A stretch of DNA of 63,978 bases, counting the filler, from Choristocarpus tenellus KU-1152 (lineage: Eukaryota; Protista; Phaeophyceae): NCBI GenBank assembly GCA_964200185.2. It is 11 parts of 11 records of this genome, joined end to end, with 100 filler letters (N's around TTAATTAATTAA, not from the genome) between each part and the next. Parts side by side here need not be neighbours in the genome. Positions count along the whole stretch, not along the records: positions 1 to 5,591 come from CAXNAD020010317.1; positions 5,692 to 12,692 come from CAXNAD020006891.1; 9 more parts are not named here. One strand, written 5' to 3'. The notes beneath the pieces were generated by a model that worked only from the letters and a program-made list of their open reading frames with translations, ran no database searches and had not been told where the DNA came from. Shown in pieces: positions 1 to 12,692 of the stretch; position 1 is the stretch's first letter; the number at the start of each line of letters is the position of its first letter. Position numbers and translations under genes: made by a program.

Positions 1-460
1 GTGCGATCTGCGTGGTATGGCCGTTCCTGACAACACCTTCACCACGGCCAACTATAAATCCACGCCATCCTCCAACGCCATAAAACGCACTCTCCTCTTC
101 TTCGTGTCTTGTCGCGTGCACACCGGGCAGCCCAAATTCCCACAGAAACGTTTTGCGCACCCTTCAAAAAAATATGTATATTTTTATTTCAAAAATCGCT
201 CGCCAACACTCCGTGCCACAACGCCCAAGGAATGTTACTCCTCAAGTCACCTATTGATATCATGTATCCTTTCTATACCTTGANNNNNNNNNNCCTCCAT
301 TTCTTTCACTCCCCAAATCTTGCTGTATGTATGGTACCTATCTATGCATGCGTGTGCGTATAAACGTATAAACGTACACACACAAACACACACACACACA
401 TATATATAGATGCAAAGATATAGGCAAAGATACAGGCAAAGATATAAGCATCACCATCGG

Positions 461-770
461 CATCACCATCGGTATGGTGATGATCGTGATCATGATCAGT
501 ATGCCTTCAGTTCCCCTGCACTGTCAGCGGTTTCATCGAGTATATTACTACACACACGTAAGATACAATTAATGGTCTTCAATTCTTCTGTGCAGTATCC
601 CTGCAGTATCAATATCACCATCGGTATGGGGATGATCGTGATCATGATCAGTATGCCTTCAGTTCCCCTGCACTGTCGGCAGTTACATCGAGTATACTAC
701 TATACACACGTAAGATACCATTAATGGTCTTCAATTCTTCTGTGCAGTATCCCCTGCAGTATCAGTATCA
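461..770. repeat. Tandem duplication of a ~153-bp unit
   Basis: The block catcaccatcggtatgg...gtaagatac...gtgcagtatccctgcagtatca occurs twice in tandem (about 461-612 and 613-770) with few mismatches. Confidence 0.9.
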
Positions 771-2756
771 CCAGTGCTCTACCTTCACCGGCACCATCCT
801 CGAGAAAGGCAAACCACCAGACATTGTTTAGGGGCTTTTGTTTGAAAGCTCATAATTTGTCCATTAACATGTGTATCGTCGAACAATAATTTAGGACACC
901 CAAGCAGGGGGCTGTGCACCCAAACAGATGGAGTAGTAGATAATCAGCATCGTAGCAAGTAGTAAATTATTATACAATATCGTAGAAATGAGTGATAATA
1001 TTAGAGGGATGATGAGGATTGCACAAGGACCACGCTGATGGCCTCAACAACAGGATGCCAATTCCAGTCGTAATAATGAATTAATATATACATCGTAGTA
1101 CCTACTAACTATATACTTGGCACCTATTTGACTGATGATAAGAAAGGGAGACACAATGGCCTCTACGGTGACCAGATGTGGAGTAGAATTGTTCACACAA
1201 CATGATCATCACCGAGAGAAACAAAGAAGTTGGTCACGTTTTACCTGAATTCACCAATTAGAGCTTTCCAGTGATATGTCCACAATCCATCATCATCTCC
1301 ACATCCTACATACATATCCAGAAAGAGTCTATTGAGCTATGTGGAGACCACTTTACTATTGACAACATCGTGTCAACTAATGTAGATTGTAAAAGGCTCC
1401 TGCGCGCTGAGAGATCGAACACGATTTATTTATTTATACCATACCCCCCATGATAAAAAAAATAGTCCATCTGCTGTATCGCATTGTACCTTGTACTCCA
1501 CTTGAAAGTGAATATCTTGTCATTACTTCTTTAACTACACACACACCTCAATCCATCGTACCTCCCTGGAAAACAAACCACTTATTTTTACTTTTTCTAT
1601 TGTTTGACTCACATACTCGATCACCAACTACCACTATTTCACCTGTAACCCTAACCCTAACCCTAACAATAAGAACACCTAATGTAACGCAAAAAAAAAT
1701 AGCTTTACAAAACAGAACATAAATAGCAAAACAGGGACAGAGACCCTTGCATACTATCTCAACGCAGACATCGCTCGAAAATCACAAAACAAACAACTTC
1801 TCCTCACACACCTCAAGACAAAACTAAAGCCCCACTCCACTTGCATCTCCTTCATTGGCACAGTGAGTAGTGGCAGTGTTTGGAACAGGTTCCCAGAGAG
1901 GTGGAGGCTACAGTCCATGCACTTGCTCAATACATAAACAGACTGGGGCCTACATCCACCGAAAACAAAATCGAAAGTTGATGAAACGGTACATTGGAAT
2001 AGGAGTCTTCAAGTACGAAAATGCCGTGTTCACTCTAGCTTCCCAGTTGGTGCTCTCTCCTCGCTCCACCACCATGCCTCCTGTCAACCCCTCACCCGTC
2101 CTATTCAAACACCAGACAGCAAGCACTGCAACGCTGGTTCCAATCAACAAACTCAACCACAATTATTGGGTTATTCTAGTTTCCTATTACACCCTATCAC
2201 AGCTGCAAGGCCATATGCACTAAAAGGGAGGGTCAGCCAGTCACACACCAATCGACACGAACTAACAGCCGAGTTGTCCTCTGCCCCAGAACGAACAAAC
2301 CAACCCAAGATCACACATGAGTAGGTGGTAGGCACCAGAAGCAGTAGCTTCTCCACCTTCCAGCTTGCAAGTAAGCACGAAAGCAGGTACACTACACATT
2401 CCCAGACAAAGAACATACATACACATATACATATATATATACTGGCCAAGACAAAGAAGATATATATGCCATTAAGGCAAAACGTAAAAAGAAAAGTATG
2501 CATAGCTTGAACAATAATAGCGCCGCAGGAGAACGACACAATTGGATGTTACACTCACCCTGCAAACGCCTATTACCTACAAACCTAACCTGATTTTTTT
2601 TTAAATCCCTGCATCCCTCTGACGTAAACACAACCCCTATACAAAATCTGCCGTATGACCTGAGAGAGGCATGGCATAATGATTGTGTGTCTGCAGTTGC
2701 GGAAGGGGAGGGGGGAGGGGACAACTGCTTTTCCAACACAGCTGGCTATGTGGTAC

Positions 2757-4629
2757 TTTCTCAAGTTCCAAGAGCTGTTCGATGGAGGGTATTAGACTGT
2801 TGTAACCAGCGGACTCAAGTGTACCGCTGACTGCTTGCATTCTCACCTAGGTACTGAATGAGTACCATAAGTACCATAGTGAATAACAAAGAAGTGGCAG
2901 AAAAGGAGGTCGGGGGGAGGGGAAGGTAACGACAGGAGGGGTTAATAAAAATAACTAGCACATTTTTTCATATTTGGATTTCTGAAACAACAGAAAATTT
3001 AGGCTACAACGACACCAACCAAAATTTTAGGTTTAGTTTTTTTTCATGGAGATTCCAACCCACCAGGAGATCAATCACCACCTCATCGAACTCTCAACAC
3101 TGTCCACAGGAACATTTACACAATATAATACTAGTAAAACAAAGGCAAATTGGTCATACAAACTGTTTTCGGCTCACAAGAGCATACTTACAGGGGCTAC
3201 CTACCATTCTCCAGCATAGACCTACACCTATGGTGAGTGTGAGTGTGAGTGTGAGTGTGAGTATACTATTATTATTATGGGAACACAGCGAGAAAGTCAG
3301 AGAGTTAACCGTGCACTACTACTGTTTTGTACCAAACGTAAAACGAAGACGCAATGAAAAAAAAACTTTAAAAACTTTTAAAAACACCAAAAAAATCACA
3401 CGGAAAAGAAGTGTAATTTTCCGCACCAGTTTCAACATTCATCAATTTTATTTTATAGCGAGCTCGCAACAAGAAATATATTTCCCTCTTTAAAATCGCA
3501 TGAGGGTTAGGGTGTGCATTTTTTTCTTTTTCAAAGGAGCAGCGGAGCTCTTGTTACACAAAACCATCCCACCCTCAGGCAGGCTATGATCAATGGCATA
3601 TTTTTGTTATTTGTACCCGGTTCTGCACAGATCAAAAGACTCTTGTAATTCTTCCAGTTTCCAGAAAAATATACATTAAAAAAACTATTGCTAAAACACC
3701 CAAATAGTACTTATATTATTATTATTACTAGTGCTCAAAAGCAAGGAACAGAGAGATTGAAGTCAATACACATAAACAAATAAAAAACCAATATACAAAT
3801 ACCAGAACAGACTTGAAAAACAAAAAAGTATGAAAAGATCAACCACCGACCGTGTACGTACAACGCCATCTCAATCTCTCCGCCTCAAACCAGAGGATGT
3901 GGGTTCAAACCTCCACTGGATGATTTATTATTTCATAACTGCCTACATAAAAACATGCAGATAAGAACACAAGAGAGGCAAGAAGACAGGAGACATTCAA
4001 CTAAAAAAACAGACTCAATGGGAAACGTGAACATCCACATGTCTGCTCAAGACCACGCACGACCACCACACCGGGGCAATGATCTATGCATTAAGCCAGG
4101 TAGGTAATGAGTGCCCCATACTACCCCAAACTCTCCAACATTTATCAACACACAAAAAACTCCAGCACCGGCGGCACACCTGTCCTGTGACTTGGCCGCC
4201 CCGTTAGTAAAAAAAAAAAATCCCATCTCAAAATCATCTCGACACACTCCCCCCGCCCCCCATGATTGCAACAAACAAAATCACCTGTGACGGAGTAGAA
4301 CCATCTGAGCCAACCTCCTCCCACCCTCCTCTCCTCAGCTTGGTAAGAAAGTTACTTACACGGCCTAGGCCACCTCCACCTCCACCATCCCTAACCCTAT
4401 CACTCCACACCCTAGTTCCGCTTCCGCCTCTTGCCCAGCGAGTTTTCCGAACGAGCAGTAAGGTGGCAGCAACAGCGGCCATTGCAGAAACAAGACAAGC
4501 TACTGCCATGCGACCCAGGTCTCCAAAGCCAGACCCAAAGGAGGAGACACCCTCGCCTTCAGCAAAAATGCCGGGAGGCATGCCTGGCACTGGAGCGCGC
4601 CCATTGAATCGGTCGCATGCCGTCTTCAC
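2757..4629 (-). CDS. Two putative exons (4629-4285, 2846-2757) of an unidentified single-pass membrane protein
   Basis: Exon 4629-4285 is flanked by tttttgtacag| and |gtgatt, is 345 nt and open (VKTACDRFNG...MAVACLVSAMAAVAATLLLVRK...STPSQ), with one hydrophobic helix followed by basic residues. The next phase-0 acceptor cctag| at 2846 gives VRMQAVSGTLESAGYNSLIPSIEQLLELEK. No family recognised. Confidence 0.45.
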
Positions 4630-5360
4630 CTGTACAAAAAAATAACCAATCGATCGACCAATCAAATGTACATGGTCAGAAGAAGAACGGACCAATAAAA
4701 TCGCAGAGAGTAAGTAAGAAGAATCGACCAATCAACGAACAAAACACGTGCTGGCTAAGTACACGGGCAAACTCTCACTCTAGCGCATAGTGCATCAGAG
4801 GATAGTTATTGTCTATTTTATTGACTTTCTGTCTGGGTGGAACAGTGCTATCTTAAATGTTCCACAAAGATTGTCACCAATATCATTACATCCATATTAT
4901 ATTCCCATCATAACCCCAACGATACATCCTACTTGATATTTTTCTAATCATACTCTACACTATGCACTATTCCCATCATACGCCCACTGATATAATAAGA
5001 GTACAAACGTCATGTAAAGGAACAAAAACGGAACAATAAAAAGGGAACATCAAGCAGGTGGAGGTGACATCAATTGCAAGTATGCATGTGGCAACGAGCT
5101 AGGGTTAGGGTTAGATGGACATAGAGGAAACAAGACACACTAGGCTCATTTCAAATGCCTTCCCAACTTCTCATAAGAAACCCATCGAGATAACATTGGA
5201 TTCACTAGAATTGCTAAGCAAAGTTTGCTTCAATAAATCCAGCAAGGAAGGACTAGGAGTATCTAGTGGAACTACCACAACATAAAAAATATACAACTTC
5301 TTCAACAAGTAATAAGATTCTAAAAAATATAAAGTATTTCAACATCAGTAGTGGAGAACC

Positions 5361-5382
5361 CCAACCCTAACCCTAACCCTAA
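5361..5382. repeat. Interstitial telomere-like (CCCTAA)n; short arrays also near 1647-1666, 5099-5113 and 61384-61409
   Basis: Runs such as aaccctaaccctaaccctaa and ttagggttagggttagggtt are read directly. Confidence 0.8.
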
Positions 5383-5591
5383 CACATGTATTCAACCAAT
5401 AAAAAAAAGTGATTGACTGGCACCCACCCACACCTAGGACTTTCATCCTCAAACTCTTTTCTTTTCACGGCAGATACAAAAGAACCAAATACCTACTAAA
5501 CCCTAACCCTATCACAGAAACAAACAGCTTTTCGAAGCATTCACTCCTCTTCTTACAGGACAGACCACGTGCGTAAGAGGGGGGTGGGGGG

Positions 5592-5691
5592 NNNNNNNNN
5601 NNNNNNNNNNNNNNNNNNNNNNNNNNNNNNNNNNNTTAATTAATTAANNNNNNNNNNNNNNNNNNNNNNNNNNNNNNNNNNNNNNNNNNNN
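5592..5691. other. Artificial contig-joining linker; identical linkers at 12693-12792, 19786-19885, 33224-33323, 35866-35965, 38764-38863, 44148-44247, 49162-49261, 57091-57190, 61077-61176
   Basis: Each is 100 bp of Ns with a central TTAATTAATTAA that places stops in all six frames. Confidence 0.98.
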
Positions 5692-5956
5692 GAAATGTCA
5701 GCAAAAAAAAGTTATTTGACCGAAACGGACGCCCCCTCACAAACCACCACCCCCCCCCCCCAGATACTTTGACCCCTCTTCCCCTGCTTAACGCCACTAA
5801 CACTTTTGACTGGTAACCTTTAGACCTTACCCTCGAAGACAGGGTAGAATAAAGGGAACAGCAGGAGAAAATAAGCCACCATTCAAGAAAAGACGTAAAA
5901 GTACACCAAGGCCCATGAACAAGAAGGGTAGTGACAGAACAGTCCGAATGAGTTAA

Positions 5957-6925
5957 ATGATTCAACACCACCCCACTCTCAAGAGAGTAATGACCATTCT
6001 CTCAGGCATACCAGAGCTAGTGGAGAGACAGAAGAAAGTCCCCTTCTTGGGCAGCATACGGGGTGTACTCGAGGGCCAAGAACACTGGAAGTCGTCACTC
6101 GAGTGGGAAAAAGGGAGTATGGATGCAGAGTCATATTCCCTAGATGATAAGGAGTTACTCTGGTACACCCCTGGAGAGTATACACCTAGGTTAGCAGTTC
6201 CTCATTCACTAGTGTCAGATATCATAGCACTAGTACATCTACAGACTAGCCACCAGGGAGTTGGGCATACAGTAGCCCTAACCCGTCGATACTTCTTTTG
6301 GCCCTCACCCCACAGAGATATACAGGACTATGTTTTATCCTGTGGCAATGCTACCAGCCAAGTTCCTGGAACCATGGGATGTACTTGAGATGTATCTACA
6401 AGATGTGGGACACATTTCAGCAAAAGGCAACAAGTATCTATTAATTGTGATTGATAGGACTTCGAGATTCCCTTTGGCATTCCCAGAGGTGTCGAAGGAA
6501 GCAACTGGAGTAGCAACAAACGTGTTGGAATTATGTCTTACATCTGGGGTCCCTTTGTCAATTCGTAGTGATGCAGGAGGGGAGTTCACAGGATACATAA
6601 TGAACCACCTTTGTTGTTGGCTGAAGGTCTCTATCAATTACGGACCTACTGGCAACTCGAGAGGACAAGGGGGAGTGGAAAGAATGGGAGGATGCTTTTA
6701 GAGGTCCTGTCGGAACTATGTGTGAAGTGGTCAGACAGATGGGACCTCTATAATCCATACTTAAGCCCATGTCCTATTGACACCTCGCGCCAAGGAAAAC
6801 CCTTGTCCCGAGAGGATGCACTACACTTTTTCCTCACATGTACCACTGTCAAGAAGTCATGGAAGGACGAGAAAGGAATAGTTAAGTGGTATACAGGCAC
6901 AGCCTTTGACTTCAAGTCACCTTAG
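5957..6925 (+). mobile_element. Degenerate Ty3/gypsy integrase (zinc-binding and rve core), frameshifted
   Basis: LAVPHSLVSDIIALVH...SHQGVGHTVALTRRYFFWPSPHRDIQDYVLSC, then PWDVLEMYL...GNKYLLIVIDRTSRF...GVPLSIRSDAGGEFT...GQGGVERM...WD, split over three frames. Confidence 0.9.
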
Positions 6926-7809
6926 TGGAGGGCATAGTTCAATCATGGGGATTGGGAAGAGTTGAACAAAAGCGAAATGAGTCGCTTCTCTCAATAAAGA
7001 TCCAACAAAATAACCACGGTGACCCATATCAGATCGGACAATTTTCATAGGATGCTTTTTTTTTCTCTCTCTCTCTCCTTTTTTATTTTGTTTATTTTTC
7101 TTCTCGTCATTTTTTAGTTTTTTTTTCTCCCTTCCTGTCAGACAAGATATCCCCTTAGGTCCTTACCTTGTCCTACCTTCAATTCTTTCTTTTCTGTCCC
7201 TTGTCTCCTCTATTATATAGTATTTTATTTATTCATTTATTTTTGGCACTGACGTTGATGTTATTTCCTGTTTTACGCACTAGCACCCGTCAGTATGCTT
7301 TTTGCTGGGGGACATGAGGCAGGCAATAACCAGATGATACTTAACACCTTAAGGAAGCTGTACTTTAGAAAGAGTAAAGGTATACTCAAATTAGGCTAGA
7401 CGCAGACAGATTTCCCCAAGTAAGATAGGGATACATGTTTAGGCCTAGGAGAGGTTAGGCATATTTTTGCTCTTCCTTCTCCCTGCTACAGAATGACCTG
7501 AGGCGATTGATGATGTCTATTGTCTTCACCAGTGACAATCACTTGTAGTAGACGTTTTTATATAGGGTACATTCTTCTTTTGTCTCATTAGTTTTTAGTT
7601 TTTCATTTTGTTACTTTGAAGTCCCAGCTCAGACAAATTTGACTAAGAGTACATCCTGTAACCTTGTGCATGGACCCTTTTTAAAGAATTGTGGAGATGA
7701 ATTAATCACATTTGTGATTAGGGTGACCGGAACTGGGGTCCCATTCATTCTAGGCCATGTTAGAGATGTGTGTTTTGCAACTTTTGAAGATATTTCAGAA
7801 GGAGCAAGT

Positions 7810-7992
7810 GACTCAAAGTATCTGTGGGGGGGTGGGGGCGTCTACACCAGCGTGTCCATTTGAGCCAGAATCAGGCAAAGTGCATTTATGTTATCCATCC
7901 GGCGCATGCAACCAGATTACCCAAAAATCGCGACATGAAAAAATTGACTCCAAATGGACAGCCGCCACCCCCCCCCCCAGATACTTTGAGCT
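7810..7992. mobile_element. MITE family A, complete (~183 bp), 4-bp TSD AAGT
   Basis: TIRs gactcaaagtatctg-G-run ... C-run-cagatactttgagct, with aagt on both sides. Confidence 0.9.
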
Positions 7993-8442
7993 AAGTATAT
8001 ACTCAGATTAACCCAGATGCAAACTGTTTCTCATAGGATTCTGTACCTCTTGGGATAAAATATCCCAAGAAAATCAAGGATATGTGCTGATCGATTCTGG
8101 ACCTAGTCGAAGTTATATACTTTTAATAAAAATATATACTCTGATCAGCTCAGACATTTATTGATTCTGACTGTGTCTTAAGATTTTTGAGGATTTATTC
8201 TCAAAAAGAAACTGGGAGATATGTCGATCATTTGTTGGAAATATCTGTTTAATTTGGAACCGAGGTCCCTGTGTTGGAAACAACTAGCAAGTTTGGAACT
8301 GGAGCCCCTCTTTTGTTTAATGGCAACCAACTCATGCTGCTGCAGCGTGATCTGAGGTGATGGATGATATCTATTGTCTTAACCGGCGACAATCGCCTGT
8401 GGTAAGTGTGAAACATGTTTACCTAGTTCACACTGGGGGGCA

Positions 8443-8856
8443 TGTTACAGGCGAATAGCGCGAGTATTTCTTCCCGTGCTTTAACCAGCGCGAGCAGTGT
8501 ATGCACGTGGGGAACCCCAAAAGGGGGAACTCCGATTTGCTGAAAAGTTGCAGAATAAAGTCTGCAACTCGGGAAAGTCGCAAGGGTTCTCAGATATATT
8601 CCAATGTCTGTAAACCAAAGAAGCCCCAACGATAAATGACTTATAAGAGATCCTAAAAACAGCTCCAAACAGCTCAGTTCTTCTGACTTAGAGACCCCAC
8701 CTATAGCACTCTCATACTGATATCGAAAACATACATATTTCATATGCTGATTGATTCATTTGAGAGTACCCCTGTTCTGCTAAGCTGATGTTCTTTAATC
8801 TGTGAATTGGAGCTACCCATCCTGTGGAGGTAAGGTTCTGGAGCGTGCCTGTAACA
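8443..8856 (+). mobile_element. LTR (TGTTACA...TGTAACA), probably a 3' LTR preceded by a polypurine tract
   Basis: Inverted 7-bp ends, with GGGGGG just upstream. Homologous to 9601-10004 and 24546-25148. Lies downstream of the gypsy integrase on the same strand. Confidence 0.7.
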
Positions 8857-9139
8857 AGAGTGCCTCTTAGCACATCCGTGACGACTCTGGATGGTTACTG
8901 AGGTAGCAAGTAATTGTCGTAGAACGATGGACGATCTGTTTTTGAGACTAAATAATCGAGAGGTAGTCGGGTTTGGTCCCTTTTGCAATCTAAGTAATGT
9001 TTCTTTCCCTGTGCAATACACTCTAATTCATTGCTTTATGTGTAAAGTATTTGGCCCTTTTGCGGGTAATTGTGGGATTTTCTTCTGGGAATTATTTTCT
9101 TCTCTTTTTTCTTTACTCCTTTTTTTTCTTCTATGGTTT

Positions 9140-9396
9140 AGTGAAGTATCTTAGAGGGTACGAGTTTTGCCCTGTTTGTCCCTTTGGTGCTTGGCTCCTC
9201 GTGTCTTTTTTTACGACATTTTCCTATTCGGAAATGTTTTGGAGTAGGTAAAATGTGTACATTATGAAAAGGTGTGTGTGGAACAAGGACATCGACACTT
9301 CCCAACGAACACGATAGGTAAAATTACATCAAAATCACAACATTGGATTTTGACCCCCAAATGGACAGCGCTCTACCCTCTAAGATACTTTGACTC
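9140..9396. mobile_element. MITE family B (~255 bp)
   Basis: agtgaagtatcttagagggta ... taccctctaagatactttgactc; internal sequence homologous to the other B copies. Confidence 0.88.
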
Positions 9397-9600
9397 GTTC
9401 TTATTGCCTTTTCTCAGGAAGTGTGTATGGTCTTCTTTTGGGTGGAGTATTTTCGACCACTGTTCGAAGATTTCTCAGATTAATGTAATAAGAAATTATG
9501 TATATGTTACATACTTACATCATAGAGAGAGACATGCAGACATCATCATGTAGGAGATGTAATGTAAAAGGAAACACAGTAAATACAAGGAGAAACATCA

Positions 9601-10004
9601 AGTTACAAGTGAATAGCACAAGTATTTCTTCTCGCGCTCTAACCAGTGCGACCAGCAATCGCGCGCGTGGAACCTCAAAGTGGGGAAGTTTGATTTGCTG
9701 AAGTTGCAGAGTAAGATCTGTAACTTGGAATAGATCAACGTTTTTCAGATATAATACGACGTCTGTAAACTCAAAGAAATAGGTTGATGGATCGCACCAC
9801 CTCAGCTGCCACTCTTTTTCTATGTCATACATCCCCATTGATTGAGAGTATACCTTCATCTGCTGACCTGATATTCACCATCTTCACTGGACCTTAGACT
9901 GTCAGTGTACCTCAGGGGTCCTATTCAGCCATCAGCGTCATCTATAGGCTTGTGGACTGGAGCTATACATCCCGTGGAGGTAACCTTTGGAGCGTGCTGT
10001 AACA
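9601..10004 (+). mobile_element. Degenerate copy of the same LTR family
   Basis: Starts agttacaagtgaatagcacaagtatttctt and ends ggagcgtgctgtaaca; aligns with 8443-8856. Confidence 0.7.
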
Positions 10005-10368
10005 CTACAATAGACACAACAACAGAGAATGGGTTTGGACAGGGTGTAGTGTCAGACCTATCTACCACATCAACCAATTATCAATCATCAGTCTAAGTGT
10101 GCTCTCAATGATGACATCGCATGGACTAAAGCCAAACATGGACTCATACACACAAAAAAGGAGCACCTTACATAAATCCTATTTTGCCGTCTTCGCTTTG
10201 ACTCCAATCTCAGAAGCTTTGTCCGAGATTTCCTCTACTCTCACCAGTCTCATTGACAAACCTTCTACTTCTCTAATGGAGATTTCCTCTTCATAGTCAT
10301 TGATTTAATTGCTGAGCCACGACAACACATGATCTTTCGCCTCTGTAGACGTTACCATCTTCAATTGT

Positions 10369-10625
10369 GAGTCAAAGTATCTTAGAGGGTAGAGCCGCGT
10401 CTATTTGGGGGCCAAAATCCAATGTTGCGATTTTGATGTAATTTTGGCTATCGCGATTGTTAGGAGATCAATATCCTTGTTCCAGACACATCTTTTCATA
10501 GCGTATACACTTTATCTACTCGGAAACATTTTGGAGGAGGTAGTATGTCATTTAAAACCCTTGGGAAGTCAATCCCAAAATGGACAAACAGGGCAAAACT
10601 CATACCCTCTAAGATACTTTCACTC
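10369..10625. mobile_element. MITE family B, complete, 4-bp TSD TTGT
   Basis: ttgt|gagtcaaagtatcttagagggta...taccctctaagatactttcactc|ttgt. Confidence 0.93.
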
Positions 10626-10939
10626 TTGTTCTAACACAATCACCTGTCTGGAGAACCAAGGCTTTAGATGATCCATGAGCGCCTTGACTGGTTTGGTTCA
10701 GAAGAAAACCTCTATATCCCAGAGTGAGTGCTGTACTGTACGACATAGCTATTCTCTGTCAAGCTCAAAGCAAAATCTTTTGGAAAAACCATCTAAAACA
10801 CCAACCAGAGTTGTAGTGTCTAGTTGATACCGTAGTACCTAGACTCCTAGACAGACACGACGAAGGCGGACAAGAGGTAAGTGAAGAATCCCACAAATAC
10901 GTCAAGTTCTCTGAGACCATCGACCTGGAGCCTCCTGGG

Positions 10940-11290
10940 TAAAACGCATAACTAATCCGGAGACTACCGGTTGAGCAGTAAATGACACAATCTGTCTCAC
11001 TCAGGTGTGTCTTCACGGTTCCCTTTCACTTAAAGCCTCTGTCTCTCTACGAACCACCAAATTGGTCGTCGCTTATTTGTCCAGAAATTGCTCTATGTGC
11101 CAGGTCGTCCAAAGCTCTGCACTGTAAAGACGTGAAGGTTAAAATTACGAGGATCAAAATATCCTTGGTAGTGATTTCGCTTTCAGGCCTCAACTGCAGC
11201 AGGAGCGACACCATTGCTAAGAAAAATGCGCTATTTTGATTTCTTCAACACGGGGTTGTCCTGTTTTCATATTTGTGTTTTTTTACGCAA
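10940..11290 (-). mobile_element. 3' (RLE endonuclease) fragment of a CRE-like non-LTR retrotransposon
   Basis: Minus strand reads NGVAPAAVEA*KRNHYQGYFDPRNFNLHVFTVQSFGRPG, homologous to NGVAASAAETRKCTHYEGSFDPHSYNLNTFTMEGFGRLG at about 45190-45300. Confidence 0.8.
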
Positions 11291-12183
11291 GTGGATCTGT
11301 TATAGACTTGCCACGTGTCTATGGGTTGATTTGTGTTTTCAATTCGTCAAATCTAATAAAATTAAAGACTCTGTAGCTAAGGGATTTATTTCAGAGGCTG
11401 ATTGGCAATCTGAATACCATCAACTATTTGTAACACGTGATGACAACCAGGCCATCACCATGAAACAAATCACTTTGTCGATACACCCAAACCAAACATA
11501 CAAAAAATAGAAACCTATGAGCCTTACATGAAGTCTGTTGCCCTTGATTCTTGTTTTGCACCTATGAACCTTGAATCAAGTCTACCCGACTTGATGCCTT
11601 GTTTGGATAAGTTGGATTATGAAGTAGCCAGATTCCACTACTATATATACTATGTATCATCACATCCAAAAATAAACAAATCACTACATACAAGAATCAC
11701 TTTGTTTCCATCTTTGCAAGGAAAATACTGAGAATGCGAGTAAGCTCCTCCCAAATGCCCCGGTGGATGCAGGAAATTTCTGTGCTGGAAAGGAGATTTG
11801 GAGGGTTTCAGGGGTGATGTCATAGATAGATATAGGCTGCCCTACTTTGCTTGATATTTCGATGGGCAACCTTATAGTGCCTGCACCATACACCCATAAC
11901 ATATTAAAAAAATCTCACCTCTTAATTGGAGCTGCAAAAGTGATGGTGCATTTTATTCCTAATGGAGAAAGTACTATGTAGGAGTAATAGTATTAATATT
12001 CGCGTAGCTCGCAGGAAGGTATACCTGGTTCAATTTTATACGTATCATATATCTTCAATCTCATGGACTTCTAAAGTAGTATCTTTCCTCTTTCCTCAAG
12101 TCACCAGGTAACTCCATTATCGCTCTGCGTACAATATACCCAGAGAGCTTTGAAGCATACAATGCTAGGAATATAAAAAATAT

Positions 12184-12519
12184 GAGTCAAAGTATCTTAG
12201 AGGGTAGAGCCGCGTCCGTTTGGGGGCCAAAATCCAATGTTGCGATTTTGATGTAATTTTAGCTATTGTGTTTGTTAGGAAGTGTCAATATCCTTACTCC
12301 GGACACACCTTTTCGTAACGTATACATTTTACCTACTCGGAAACATTTCAGTGTAGATAAAATGTTACGAAAATCCCGTGGGAAGCCAAGCCCCAAACGG
12401 GCAAACAGGGCAACATAAAAGTATCTTAGAGGGTAGAGCCGCGTCCGTGTGGGGACCAAAATCCAATGTTGCGATTTCGATGCAATTTTGGCTATCGTGT
12501 TTGTTAGGAAGTATCAACA
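12184..12519. mobile_element. MITE family B copy followed in tandem by a second partial B copy (from about 12418)
   Basis: aaagtatcttagagggtagagccgcgtcc occurs at about 12189 and again at about 12418. Confidence 0.85.
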
Positions 12520-12520
12520 T

Positions 12521-12692
12521 GGCTCAAAGTATCTAAGGGGGAGTGGCGGCTGTCCATTTGGGACCAATTTTTTTATGCCGCAATTTTTGGATATCTGTTT
12601 CCATACTTCGGATGGATAATGAAAGCGCACTTTTCCTGGATTTGGTCCAATTGGACACCCTGGTGTAACCCCCCCCCCCCCCCCCCTCCTCT
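12521..12692. mobile_element. MITE family A interrupting the B copy and running into the contig end; other partial A copies at 12793-12863, 19886-19952, 35966-36116, 54962-55070, 55100-55210, 57062-57090, 60907-61076
   Basis: ggctcaaagtatct...gtccatttgg...ggacaccctggtgta-polyC; same core as 7810-7992. Confidence 0.85.

Noticed and set aside
5636-5647. Recurrent TTAATTAATTAA palindrome as a biological motif
   Set aside because: It is always centred in an identical 100-bp N block, so it is an artificial concatenation spacer.
7810-12692. Repeated palindromic units as a CRISPR-like array
   Set aside because: The units are dispersed 180-260-bp TIR elements with TSDs, with no regular repeat-spacer period and no cas genes.
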